Assembly (NCBI RefSeq): GCF_053078305.1
Contig: NZ_CP166879.1
Length of the DNA stretch: 64,000 bases
Reading direction: 5' to 3' (one strand)
Numbering within the stretch: position 1 is the stretch's first letter; every line of letters begins with the position of its first letter. Of the stretch, positions 55,050-63,652 are shown piece after piece. The notes under the pieces are model-generated. The model saw nothing but the letters and a program-made list of their open reading frames with translations. It ran no database searches and was not told the origin of the DNA. Made by a program: the position numbers and the translations under genes.

Positions 55050-57320
55050 CTAATCATTTCCCTTACGAATATATGGGCCAAAAGCCCAAGAATCATAATA
55101 AGGGTGATGGACTAGTTTTTCATTAAATCGAACACTATAAGTTAATTTTTTTATATTTTTACGTACAGCATTAATACTGGGCAAAGAGGAAAGATAATCT
55201 ATAAACTTATCGATAGTGATTTCCCCTTCGCAACACTCAAACCCATCAATGATATTTTTCGCCATTTTTCCATTTTCATTTGTTTGATATATCACTCCAG
55301 GTATTCGTTGAAAAAAACTAGATAATGCATATTTGTCCGCTACATATGTATCATCCACATGATATTTCCCACCGAGCATAGTTGTAGTAACAATAAGCTT
55401 ATACACACCTTTGGGTTGCCATGTTGATGGTAGTTCGAATTCTTTAATGATCACATCAAGATGATTAAGATAATGTTCAGAAATTCGATTTATTTGTTGA
55501 AAATAAGAACGCATAAATTTATTATTATGATCATGTATTAATGAGCTATCTCCAACGATGTTACACACTTGCTGATAGTACTTACCATAATATATTGGTT
55601 GACCATTTGATTTTAGTTCTGTAAAAATCAAACAATCATCCAGGAGAATCACGCAATCGCACTGATAATTAGCATGAGCATCAATTGGAGAAGCTTTAAT
55701 CCCCGCATCACGAACTTGTTTTATAAATTGTTGCTCATGAAATCGCCCTTTACTTGCTTGAGAAATTTTTTTGGAACCAAATAATGACATTAGAGAGCGA
55801 GTCACTGAGCTATTTGCTATTAATGCAGGCATTAAGCATAAACCGTCCATACAGGGAATAAATGGGCAATCATTAAGATCATGTGATTTTGAATTGAAGG
55901 TAAAATAATCTATCAGTTTTTTTGCTGCATCTGCTGCAATCCCCTTACGTTGAAAGAATGATAACCAACTCTCACGGCTTTTTATGATCAGCCAGCGATC
56001 CAACTGTAGGGGTATAGGTTTTGTCGATGAAAATCTTTTGCTCATTTCTTCTTTAGATAACTCGACTAAACATTGATAAGCGTGCACCCAATTAAATAAT
56101 GATATATTCCCATATTCTTCATGAAGGTCATCAGGAGATATATTTTCCAACTCGCTTAGATGAAATGAGCTAAAAACGCCATCAGAATTTAAGTAAGATG
56201 GCATATGATCCTTTACCCAACTATTTAGATGAAAATGTTTGTTACTAAATTCATGAACTTCGCTATATAGATGTGACGCTCTCATCATTAGTCTATTTCT
56301 TGCAATCTCATAATCTCGGTATAAACAAAAACTATCAACCTCAAGAGAGTAAATGTTATTATCCAATTTTGTAAATACTGCACTACTTAGTCTGAAAAAG
56401 TCTCTTACTCTGCTTAATGAGTCAAAAACATTCCACTCATTAAGGTACCCTCCCATTGAAAGCAAGGTTTGTTTATTCACACAAGAAGTTAGTTTCAATG
56501 GCTCATGAGTCCGTAAATAAGAAAATATTCGTCCGGTGTAATTGGCTACCTCATCAAATGCCCTATCGATAACTCGAAAATATTCGATATCAGGTTCAGC
56601 ATGAATATTAATATTTTCAGAAACGATTACTCTGCTTAATGAGTCAAAAACATTCCACTCATTAAGGTACCCTCCCATTGAAAGCAAGGTTTGTTTATTC
56701 ACACAAGAAGTTAGTTTCAATGGCTCATGAGTCCGTAAATAAGAAAATATTCGTCCGGTGTAATTGGCTACCTCATCAAATGCCCTATCGATAACTCGAA
56801 AATATTCGATATCAGGTTCAGCATGAATATTAATATTTTCAGAAACGATAAATAATGGAAAAATCCTCTTCATTTTTTTAGGATCATTGACCACAACCAA
56901 GGATGATAATGATGATAAAAACATCTCACAAAACATGATGAGATTAAGTATTAATGCATGTGATTTTTTTGTATTTTTACGCCAAATACCAGCACATTTT
57001 GTAGCCGCAAAGAAAGAATTATTTATATCATGCATAATTTTACATTGACTCTCGAACTCAGAAATTAGTTCAATGTTATCAGGAAATGAGTTTACTAGCT
57101 CATTAATACATTTTTTGAATGTATTGTTATACTCAACTTCAGTCTGAACTGAAAATCTATTATAATAGATGGAAGATATTCTCAGCACATCCAAGGCGAT
57201 ATCTATACTAATATCATCTCTTTTTATGTACTCACAAAAAAAAGAACAAAACTGTTTCGGGTCGTTAGCAAGATTACTAATTCTAGTGGTATCATAAACT
57301 TTTTCCATTTTTCCATACAT
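55050..57320 (-). CDS. Large low-GC hypothetical protein (756 aa) with an internal 74-aa perfect tandem duplication
   Basis: Long minus-strand ORF with its own AT-rich upstream region and no recognisable family by eye. A possible PD-(D/E)XK-like motif (CDCVILLDD…TELK) lies in the C-terminal third. Confidence 0.5.
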   Translation of the reverse strand: MYGKMEKVYDTTRISNLANDPKQFCSFFCEYIKRDDISIDIALDVLRISSIYYNRFSVQTEVEYNNTFKKCINELVNSFPDNIELISEFESQCKIMHDINNSFFAATKCAGIWRKNTKKSHALILNLIMFCEMFLSSLSSLVVVNDPKKMKRIFPLFIVSENINIHAEPDIEYFRVIDRAFDEVANYTGRIFSYLRTHEPLKLTSCVNKQTLLSMGGYLNEWNVFDSLSRVIVSENINIHAEPDIEYFRVIDRAFDEVANYTGRIFSYLRTHEPLKLTSCVNKQTLLSMGGYLNEWNVFDSLSRVRDFFRLSSAVFTKLDNNIYSLEVDSFCLYRDYEIARNRLMMRASHLYSEVHEFSNKHFHLNSWVKDHMPSYLNSDGVFSSFHLSELENISPDDLHEEYGNISLFNWVHAYQCLVELSKEEMSKRFSSTKPIPLQLDRWLIIKSRESWLSFFQRKGIAADAAKKLIDYFTFNSKSHDLNDCPFIPCMDGLCLMPALIANSSVTRSLMSLFGSKKISQASKGRFHEQQFIKQVRDAGIKASPIDAHANYQCDCVILLDDCLIFTELKSNGQPIYYGKYYQQVCNIVGDSSLIHDHNNKFMRSYFQQINRISEHYLNHLDVIIKEFELPSTWQPKGVYKLIVTTTMLGGKYHVDDTYVADKYALSSFFQRIPGVIYQTNENGKMAKNIIDGFECCEGEITIDKFIDYLSSLPSINAVRKNIKKLTYSVRFNEKLVHHPYYDSWAFGPYIRKGND
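56405..56849 (-). repeat. Perfect 222-bp direct tandem duplication, in frame, inside the 756-aa ORF
   Basis: The two adjacent 222-bp copies are identical by eye and encode …SENINIHAEPDIEYFRVIDRAF…NEWNVFDSLSRV twice. Confidence 0.85.
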
Positions 57321-57975
57321 CCTATTGTCTAAATTACTATAAAACTAGCCACTTAACTAATAATTATAAATTTCATCTTTTACACCTTGCATTTTTATAA
57401 CCAATGAAATCTACAACAAGCAACTGATGGATAATCCGATATTGGTCGCATTTAATGGCATGGTAGCAAAGTTTTCATCACATACCTCCTTTGCACCAGA
57501 ATAAACGCCAGAGATCTGAAATTGCGAGTACACTACAGAAATTGTACTGCTGGTCCCATCAGCATAAAACCATAGTTACACAGGTAATCATCATTATTCG
57601 CCAAGATAATAAATATTATTCGGTAGAATAGCGTTCTCAGGTGGTCAGTAAAATTGTCTTCAACAAGATGTCTGCGCATCTCGTCTGCTAGCCCTACATA
57701 ACTGCTCTCGACCGAAACTATTTATTGAATGTTCACCAAGGTGGGCGTGGAGACAAAATGACGTCTTTTGATATTAGCTACCTGAGCCACATGGTCAAAA
57801 CGTTCAAGTAGCATAGCGAAACCACCCTGCCCACGTAATGTGGACGATGCAGCTTCCAGCCAGAGCAAACTTGGGACCATCGACTACAAAATGAAGAATA
57901 CTGAACTGCTTTTCTGGCAGGCCTATATACTGCACGGATATGGGTGATTTCAGACACAAAAAAAGCCGCCCTTGA

Positions 57976-57998
57976 GCGACTCGATTTGCATACGGTGT
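57976..57998 (-). repeat. att-site remnant: partial copy of a tRNA-Leu (leuX-like) 3' end
   Basis: The minus strand reads GTTCGAGTCCGGCCTTCGCACCA (T-arm, acceptor stem, CCA) with one base missing relative to leuX as I recall it. There is no upstream tRNA body, so this is not a functional tRNA. Confidence 0.5.
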
Positions 57999-58285
57999 GG
58001 TGCGAAGGCCGGACTCGAACATTTAATTAAACAACTGTATTTAAATAGTTTTTGTATTTAAAAATGAATTGATGCCCCTTTTTGTGCCCCCATTACCAAA
58101 ATAACAACCTAACCTTGTACTAAAAAAGAGATTTTTCAATGTAGGCACTCTGGTTCGGCTACGCTTACCGGAGACGAACCTGAACATAAGAAATCTGAGA
58201 TAACTTCATAGTAATCATCTTTAACACTTTTGACCAATAATATCTATCATAAAGGCAGAGAAATTAATCTCTGCCTTTATTAAGG

Positions 58286-59154
58286 TCACATAAAAAGATT
58301 ATTAATTAGAGTACACTGTTGACATCCATTAATATCTACAGCTTTTAAAAAATCTGTGTTACTAATCAAAACAGCATTACTAACACCTGAAAACTGCAGC
58401 TGTGCATACATACCTAAGATAGATTTTTTTTCGTAATACTGAGATCTTCCTGTATAACTTTCACCAGTATTAGAACTTATAAATCGCCTCGTTCTTTCTT
58501 GTATCAATAAATTATTTTTAAGGAAGCTCAAAATATCTTGCTGCAATTGTTTGTTTTTGTTATGAAAATAACATAACAATTGATCCTCTAAGGTACCAAG
58601 CTGAGTGTTAACGTCATGAAAAATATACCCCCCCATTCACTCCCATTAAACTCAATAATACTTCCATTGGAGAGTTGAGTAGTATCTTCTAAACCTATCT
58701 CATTTTTAATCTCTGTTATTCTGGCATCAATGCCAAGTTCATCAGCATCAAAAAAATATAAAAATCTATATGCAATTTCTATACTGAAGTCATCTGTACC
58801 AGAAAGTTCTTTATACATAGTGACTAACTCAGCCCTTTCACGACTTCTGCCATCACCATTTAGATTATGTATAAAAATTAAGTTCCCGTTATGATAGAAA
58901 CAAACAGAAGGTAGTTTTGGCCCGTTTGGCTGAAAGCCAAGTTTTTTATCTGGAATTCTTACTTGACTTAGTTCTTTTTCAAAGCGTTTATCAAACGGTG
59001 GAGGTAATTGACCAATTTTAAGATCTTGAAGTTGGAATCCATTAACTAAAAGAATTCTGCTAAGAAAAGCGACGTCATGCTGTCCTTCACAAAAGGCAAC
59101 TATGACTCTATTATAAGATACACTCACAATTTTAGCCTCTAATATCAAGATCAA
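58286..59154 (-). pseudogene. Toprim-like (OLD/AriB-like) gene split by a frameshift at a G7 tract
   Basis: ORFs 58588-59154 and 58286-58636 overlap across a C7/G7 homopolymer (58628-58634). The N-terminus has VAFCEGQHD and a later FFDADELG (Glu … DxD), suggestive of a Toprim fold. Fusing the frames gives an approximately 300-aa protein. Confidence 0.45.
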
Positions 59155-61369
59155 TATTTTTTATCAAATAGCCAAATCTTTCGCCATCAGCCCTTTTCAC
59201 TACTACTTTATCGTCAACTTTGCTTAACTGAAATCCAGTAATGCAATCATTATTATAATCATTATTTAAAAAAGCTCTGATACATTCACCCGAATGTGAC
59301 GTAAGGAACACTTGCACATTGAAACGTTCTGCAAGTTGTTGCGTAAATTTAGTAAACTCCAATAGTAAACTATAATGAATCGCAGTTTCAAATTCATCAA
59401 TAAAAAGTACACCGTTACGACATGCAGCAAAAGATAAAGCTATATAAAAGATGCGCTGAATACCCTCTCCATAAGAAGTAAGATCGAAACTTCTGTTAAA
59501 ATCATATGCTGATTCTACGATAAACCTTTTGAGCTCCATGTCTTCAGTAAATCTGACATCTTTTATCGTTGGCTCAATTTTATTCATGAATTCAATAACA
59601 AGGCCGATAGCGGATTGTATATTTAAATCATCTGATTCTGAGTCAGTTACAGACGTTAAATTTGCACCTATACTTTTGTTATAATCAGTGAGCAAATCGT
59701 CTATATCGTAGAAATAAGGGCTTTTAAATGACGATGAACACAAATGCGAAACTTGATCAGCGTTCCTTCTCATACGTTCATGGATAAAAGTATGGACTGT
59801 GTTATTTCTAAATTCTCCATCAATGCTAGACTTTAAGCTATAAGATGCTATATAGTCATCTTGTTTATCAATTGAAGAATCATCATATTTAATCATTTCA
59901 ACAGTAACATTACTATCATCAAATACTCCTGACAAGATTATTTTATCTTGGAAAAGAGCATTTAGCAATGTTGGACTCAAAGTACTGATTTTATTTTTTT
60001 GCCTAATAAGATTAAAATGCGATGAAATATCATTACGCTGCGTCAATAAGTAAATTGCTTCAAGCAATGAAGTTTTTCCAGCATTATTAAAGCCAGCAAT
60101 GATATTAATCTTATTGAAATTATCCAATGAGAAGTTTTTAAAGAATTTATATTTTTTGATATAAATGGATTTAAAATGTTTTTTTACTCCATACTCAAAA
60201 TTAGTTGTATAGTTTCCTCCTTCGATATTTATAGCCATCTGCTTTGGCATTATTTGTGTTAGTTTTTCTTTTGCATCATCTAATAAGCGCAAATCCTCTT
60301 GGTTTATGAGGCTACTATATAGATTTAAATCCTTTAAGGCGTCTTCAAGCTTGCTTAAAGCATTTTTATAGTTTTGCTGATTTACTGAACCGCTCGCAGC
60401 TAATCCTCTTGCAAGGCTACGTTCATCCTCCATTACCTTCAAGGCTTTTTCATTATTGATGAACAAAGCAAGATCTCGTATCTCAAGAGATTTAGTAATT
60501 ATAGGTTCTAGCTCAACGTATTCACCATTACTTTCCTCTTCAATATCATCTTCTAGCTCATTTTTCTCAAGGTATTCATCTGTTTTAGAGATCCACGAAA
60601 AAAGCCTATCAAGATTCACTAAATTTCTAGCATAATAACCGTTATCACTCCAGTCTAACCAAGATTTAATTACAGGCTTTTTGATTATTTCTTCAAAAAT
60701 ACCAAACATACTTGGTTCGAATTGCTCACCATACTCACTTGTTTTATATAAGGAAATTAGATTATAAACTCTAAGCATAGAGCGAAGACGCGTTTTAGAA
60801 ATACCGAGCGAACTAACTAGCTCATCTTCTTTTTCAACATACTCATCTCGAGTTTTGTCTTCATATGGTTTTAAAAAATCATAAAGCAGTTTGGACTGAT
60901 TATATGTTGACCACTTTTTATTACCACTTATATGCTTTAATCCCATTACAATCAGATGTTTTTCAACATCTTGATTATTATGGATTTCGAAAGGAACACT
61001 TCTAAAAATAGATGGATCTAGTTTTCCAATATCAAACCCCTTTTCATATGCTTCTTGCAATGCTTTCAGCGCCGTTACACGACGATTTCCCTCAAGGACT
61101 AAATAATTGTTATCTCCTAAATCCTTTACTTGAATAACATCAACATCTAAGTATCCATTAGATTTAAAACTTGCTATTAGATCTTTGATATTCTCTTGTC
61201 TATTTCCTTCTATAAAAAAGCGAGTCCTACGCTGAATTGTTGGATCTAGCATGTCCTTTTCTGAGACTGGCTTGTGCTGGTCATTGTCAACAAAACGGTA
61301 GTTATTAGGATCTAGAAATAAATTTTTTAAATTTTTGCTAATGCGCGGGCGAATTTGCTCGACATTCAT
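59132..61369 (-). CDS. Fusion of an N-terminal ParB/Srx-like domain with a C-terminal ABC-type (SMC/RecF/OLD-like) ATPase
   Basis: 745 aa. ParB box LVLEGNRRVTALKAL near the N-terminus; Walker A GFNNAGKTS, Walker B LFIDEFE and H-loop LTSHS in the C-terminal half. Low GC. Confidence 0.6.
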   Translation of the reverse strand: MNVEQIRPRISKNLKNLFLDPNNYRFVDNDQHKPVSEKDMLDPTIQRRTRFFIEGNRQENIKDLIASFKSNGYLDVDVIQVKDLGDNNYLVLEGNRRVTALKALQEAYEKGFDIGKLDPSIFRSVPFEIHNNQDVEKHLIVMGLKHISGNKKWSTYNQSKLLYDFLKPYEDKTRDEYVEKEDELVSSLGISKTRLRSMLRVYNLISLYKTSEYGEQFEPSMFGIFEEIIKKPVIKSWLDWSDNGYYARNLVNLDRLFSWISKTDEYLEKNELEDDIEEESNGEYVELEPIITKSLEIRDLALFINNEKALKVMEDERSLARGLAASGSVNQQNYKNALSKLEDALKDLNLYSSLINQEDLRLLDDAKEKLTQIMPKQMAINIEGGNYTTNFEYGVKKHFKSIYIKKYKFFKNFSLDNFNKINIIAGFNNAGKTSLLEAIYLLTQRNDISSHFNLIRQKNKISTLSPTLLNALFQDKIILSGVFDDSNVTVEMIKYDDSSIDKQDDYIASYSLKSSIDGEFRNNTVHTFIHERMRRNADQVSHLCSSSFKSPYFYDIDDLLTDYNKSIGANLTSVTDSESDDLNIQSAIGLVIEFMNKIEPTIKDVRFTEDMELKRFIVESAYDFNRSFDLTSYGEGIQRIFYIALSFAACRNGVLFIDEFETAIHYSLLLEFTKFTQQLAERFNVQVFLTSHSGECIRAFLNNDYNNDCITGFQLSKVDDKVVVKRADGERFGYLIKNIDLDIRG

Positions 61370-61630
61370 ATGTCACCTCAATGGTGTAGGAACTATACAA
61401 TGCAACTTTACTTGATACCTCAGCAATCAACAACTTCATGTTTTTGAAACTAAGCGCGCGCAGCCCCGCACGCCTGCCCGCTTCGCTTAACAGACTGGTT
61501 TTCATGCACCTCATAAATCGTCTCAGAAGCCACCAAACAAGGGTTTTCTCGTCAAAAATGGTGCATAAGACTCATGCGTTTTCATGCGCCATAGACATGC
61601 ACTCATTCGCTCTCATGCCAGCCAGGAAAA

Positions 61631-61662
61631 GGGGATAAAAAATCCCGGTACTGGACCGGGAT
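61631..61662 (-). terminator. Intrinsic terminator after the ogr/delta gene
   Basis: The minus strand reads ATCCCGGTCCAGTACCGGGAT followed by TTTTTAT, 21 nt after the stop. Confidence 0.55.
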
Positions 61663-61682
61663 TACGTGGGCGTTCTTTCTAA

Positions 61683-61964
61683 TCAGACAGGAATCTGCTG
61701 ACGGCTTGACAGTTTTGACGCGGAGCCATAGCGATTAAGTGTTTGCTGTTGTTTTTCCGGGGATTGTGCTTTGTCTGATAGCTGTTCATTGCGTCGGGGT
61801 TTCATGATTATCTTATCCACACTCTCCAGTGCCGTAAATGTGCAGGAACATTCCAGATTCTGGCACTGATACCACGAGCGTTTAACTGACGGAGCTTCAT
61901 AGGCTGCTGTTCTGGCGTGTGCAACTGTACCGCATTCCGGACATTTAAGTGCCATTAATATCAC
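61683..61964 (-). CDS. Ogr/Delta-family zinc-finger late-gene activator
   Basis: 93 aa with a CPECG…HARTA…YQCQNLECSCTF four-cysteine motif, like P2 Ogr and P4 Delta. Confidence 0.8.
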   Translation of the reverse strand: MILMALKCPECGTVAHARTAAYEAPSVKRSWYQCQNLECSCTFTALESVDKIIMKPRRNEQLSDKAQSPEKQQQTLNRYGSASKLSSRQQIPV

Positions 61965-62512
61965 TCCTGTATATCGTTAATGTCATTCAGGCGTTGCTGA
62001 AAACGCAGATGTTGTGCCGGGGTGTAAGAGCCCTGGCAATCACGAATCATCCCGGGGTCAGGCATCAAACCGGATTCATCCAGGATCTCACGATAATCCC
62101 CGGCAATTTCAGGCGGTGTTATTGTCAGCTGGCGAACCAGAGCACTGCGTAATATACGGGACGCAACGTCAACCCCTCCGCGCCCCTTCAGGAACGGAGC
62201 CAGTGCAGATGTCAGGGCTGCCCCATTCGCCTGCATAAAATTGCTGAGAGCGGCTTCTGTGCAGGCTTCCATCAGTAAATGCTGCGAGTAAATGCATTCG
62301 CGCGCAGCACAGTTAATTTGCCATTTCAGCACATCCAGACGTTCCCGCAGTAATTCGAGCTGTCGGGCATAATCTGCTGGTTTTTCTGTGGCAGCGAGGA
62401 GAGATGCTATCTGTTGTTCAACGGCTTTTCGGCTCTCACTATGTCCGGCCCACAGAATACGGGCATTCCGAAAACTGGTAAGTGCCTGGTCAGGCGTGCC
62501 TCGGGCCGTCAT
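61961..62512 (-). CDS. Psu-like (polarity suppression / capsid decoration) protein, tentative
   Basis: 183 aa, helical composition, size close to P4 Psu (about 190 aa). Operon position is between the sid-like and ogr-like genes. Confidence 0.5.
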   Translation of the reverse strand: MTARGTPDQALTSFRNARILWAGHSESRKAVEQQIASLLAATEKPADYARQLELLRERLDVLKWQINCAARECIYSQHLLMEACTEAALSNFMQANGAALTSALAPFLKGRGGVDVASRILRSALVRQLTITPPEIAGDYREILDESGLMPDPGMIRDCQGSYTPAQHLRFQQRLNDINDIQE

Positions 62513-63252
62513 ACTGCTTTCTCCTTCTCAGCAAGTTCCTGACGAACCTTAATTTTATGCATAGCTGCCGGAGAGAGTTGATTACTGAAATCCAGACGCG
62601 CCGCATAATCCGGGGCAATTCCCGCCAGTTTAAACACCGGGTCCTGTTCAGGCATCGCATCGTTAGCCAGAGCCGGTCTGGTGATATGTTTATGAATAAA
62701 GTCTTTCAGCACTGTGTCCGGGTCATTAACTGAATTCACCACACCCACAACGGCACTGGCTTCCCGGCCCATTGTGGATTTAAGCAGGCTCAGCGTCTGA
62801 ATAAGCGCTTTTCCATGCGATTGCATAAAATCTTCCCAGATTTGTTTTGCGCGAATATCCACAAGAATGTTATGCGCGTGGATATACTTTCCGGCTAATT
62901 CCGCAGCTTTCTGCGGCAAAAGTGCATTTTCGCTTTCCTGAGCCGCCAGCAGCTCATCAAAATCCTCAAGCGTTTCTCGTCCCAGCGCAATTTCCGTGCG
63001 CAGTTTTTTCATTTCCTTTGAAACCACGCCCTGACTTTCACGAAACAGCGTGCGCCACTCCTCATTCAGTGTGTTCGTCGTGGCTTCCATCTCAGCGCGA
63101 CGCTGGCGGATTGTCGCAATATTATCCGCTGCCGCTTTCTGCTGACGACGTGCTTCAAGCCATGCGTTTCTGGCTGTGTTCATGGTTTCCAGTGCCCGCT
63201 GCGTTACAGCCGGAAAAGTGGAAAGGTTGTTATTCACTGCGGTGTTGTTCAT
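62509..63252 (-). CDS. Sid-like capsid size-determination protein, tentative
   Basis: 247 aa (P4 Sid is about 244 aa), first gene of the operon, with an AGGAG ribosome-binding site before the ATG at 63252 and TGT-N12-ACA dyads upstream. Confidence 0.5.
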   Translation of the reverse strand: MNNTAVNNNLSTFPAVTQRALETMNTARNAWLEARRQQKAAADNIATIRQRRAEMEATTNTLNEEWRTLFRESQGVVSKEMKKLRTEIALGRETLEDFDELLAAQESENALLPQKAAELAGKYIHAHNILVDIRAKQIWEDFMQSHGKALIQTLSLLKSTMGREASAVVGVVNSVNDPDTVLKDFIHKHITRPALANDAMPEQDPVFKLAGIAPDYAARLDFSNQLSPAAMHKIKVRQELAEKEKAV

Positions 63253-63276
63253 GGCTTCTCCTGTCGGGTTGGTTCG

Positions 63277-63332
63277 TTACGTCAATTGTGTCGTGGCTGA
63301 CACAAGCACACTATCGGTGCTCAGTGTGTGGT
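63277..63332 (-). promoter_or_regulatory. Two TGT-N12-ACA dyads (candidate Ogr/Delta activator sites) upstream of sid
   Basis: TTGTGTCGTGGCTGACACAA (63276-63295) and TGTGTGGTGGCTGGCACA (63315-63332), about 38 bp apart. Confidence 0.45.
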
Positions 63333-63430
63333 GGCTGGCACAACGGGCGCTTGCGGTTATTCAGACGTGGCTATGAAAGCCAGCCAGATAAAAATGCCCT
63401 CAGTTTCAGTCTGCTTTATGTCCCTGATGC

Positions 63431-63619
63431 GGTGGAACAGGTGAAACATGTGTTACAGCTTTGTTTTATAAAGCACTTATATACACTGCACCGGTGGAAC
63501 ATCGCGGGTAACAAGGTGGAACAGCGGATTGGCTGGCGTTACATCTGTTCCACCTCACTATTTCAGAAGGTGGAACAGGTTCAGCCCTGTAAAATACGGT
63601 TGTTCCACCTGTTTCACCT
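63431..63619. repeat. Iteron cluster: about 8 copies of GGTGGAACA/TGTTCCACC in both orientations (P4 crr/ori-like)
   Basis: Perfect copies at 63431, 63493, 63515, 63546 (rc), 63569 and 63601 (rc), plus variants GGTGAAACA (63441) and TGTTTCACC (63611). P4 crr/ori carry TGTTCACC repeats bound by the alpha protein. Confidence 0.6.
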
Positions 63620-63652
63620 GTTACCCTTAATAAATAAGACTCACGCAAAGCC

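Noticed and set aside
57321-57975. 72-aa ORF (57804-58022) and short frames between the orphan gene and the att remnant
   Set aside because: No convincing start or ribosome-binding site and no recognisable domain; it may contain decayed gene fragments but nothing I can support.
57976-57998. Possible tRNA gene
   Set aside because: Only the last 23 nt (T-arm, acceptor, CCA) of a tRNA-Leu-like sequence are present and the upstream sequence does not form a tRNA body. It is interpreted as an att remnant, not a tRNA.
61438-61638. 66-aa plus-strand ORF in the gap between the ATPase gene and ogr/delta, and a possible cos site there
   Set aside because: No ribosome-binding site, and the minus-strand terminator of ogr/delta lies here. 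I could not identify a P2/P4-type cos sequence with confidence, so neither is called.
63431-63619. Possible CRISPR array
   Set aside because: The repeats are 9-mers in both orientations with irregular spacing, not 25-40-bp direct repeats with unique spacers. They are interpreted as iterons. The in-frame repeats at 18192-18233 and 19673-19898 are coding microsatellites, not CRISPR.
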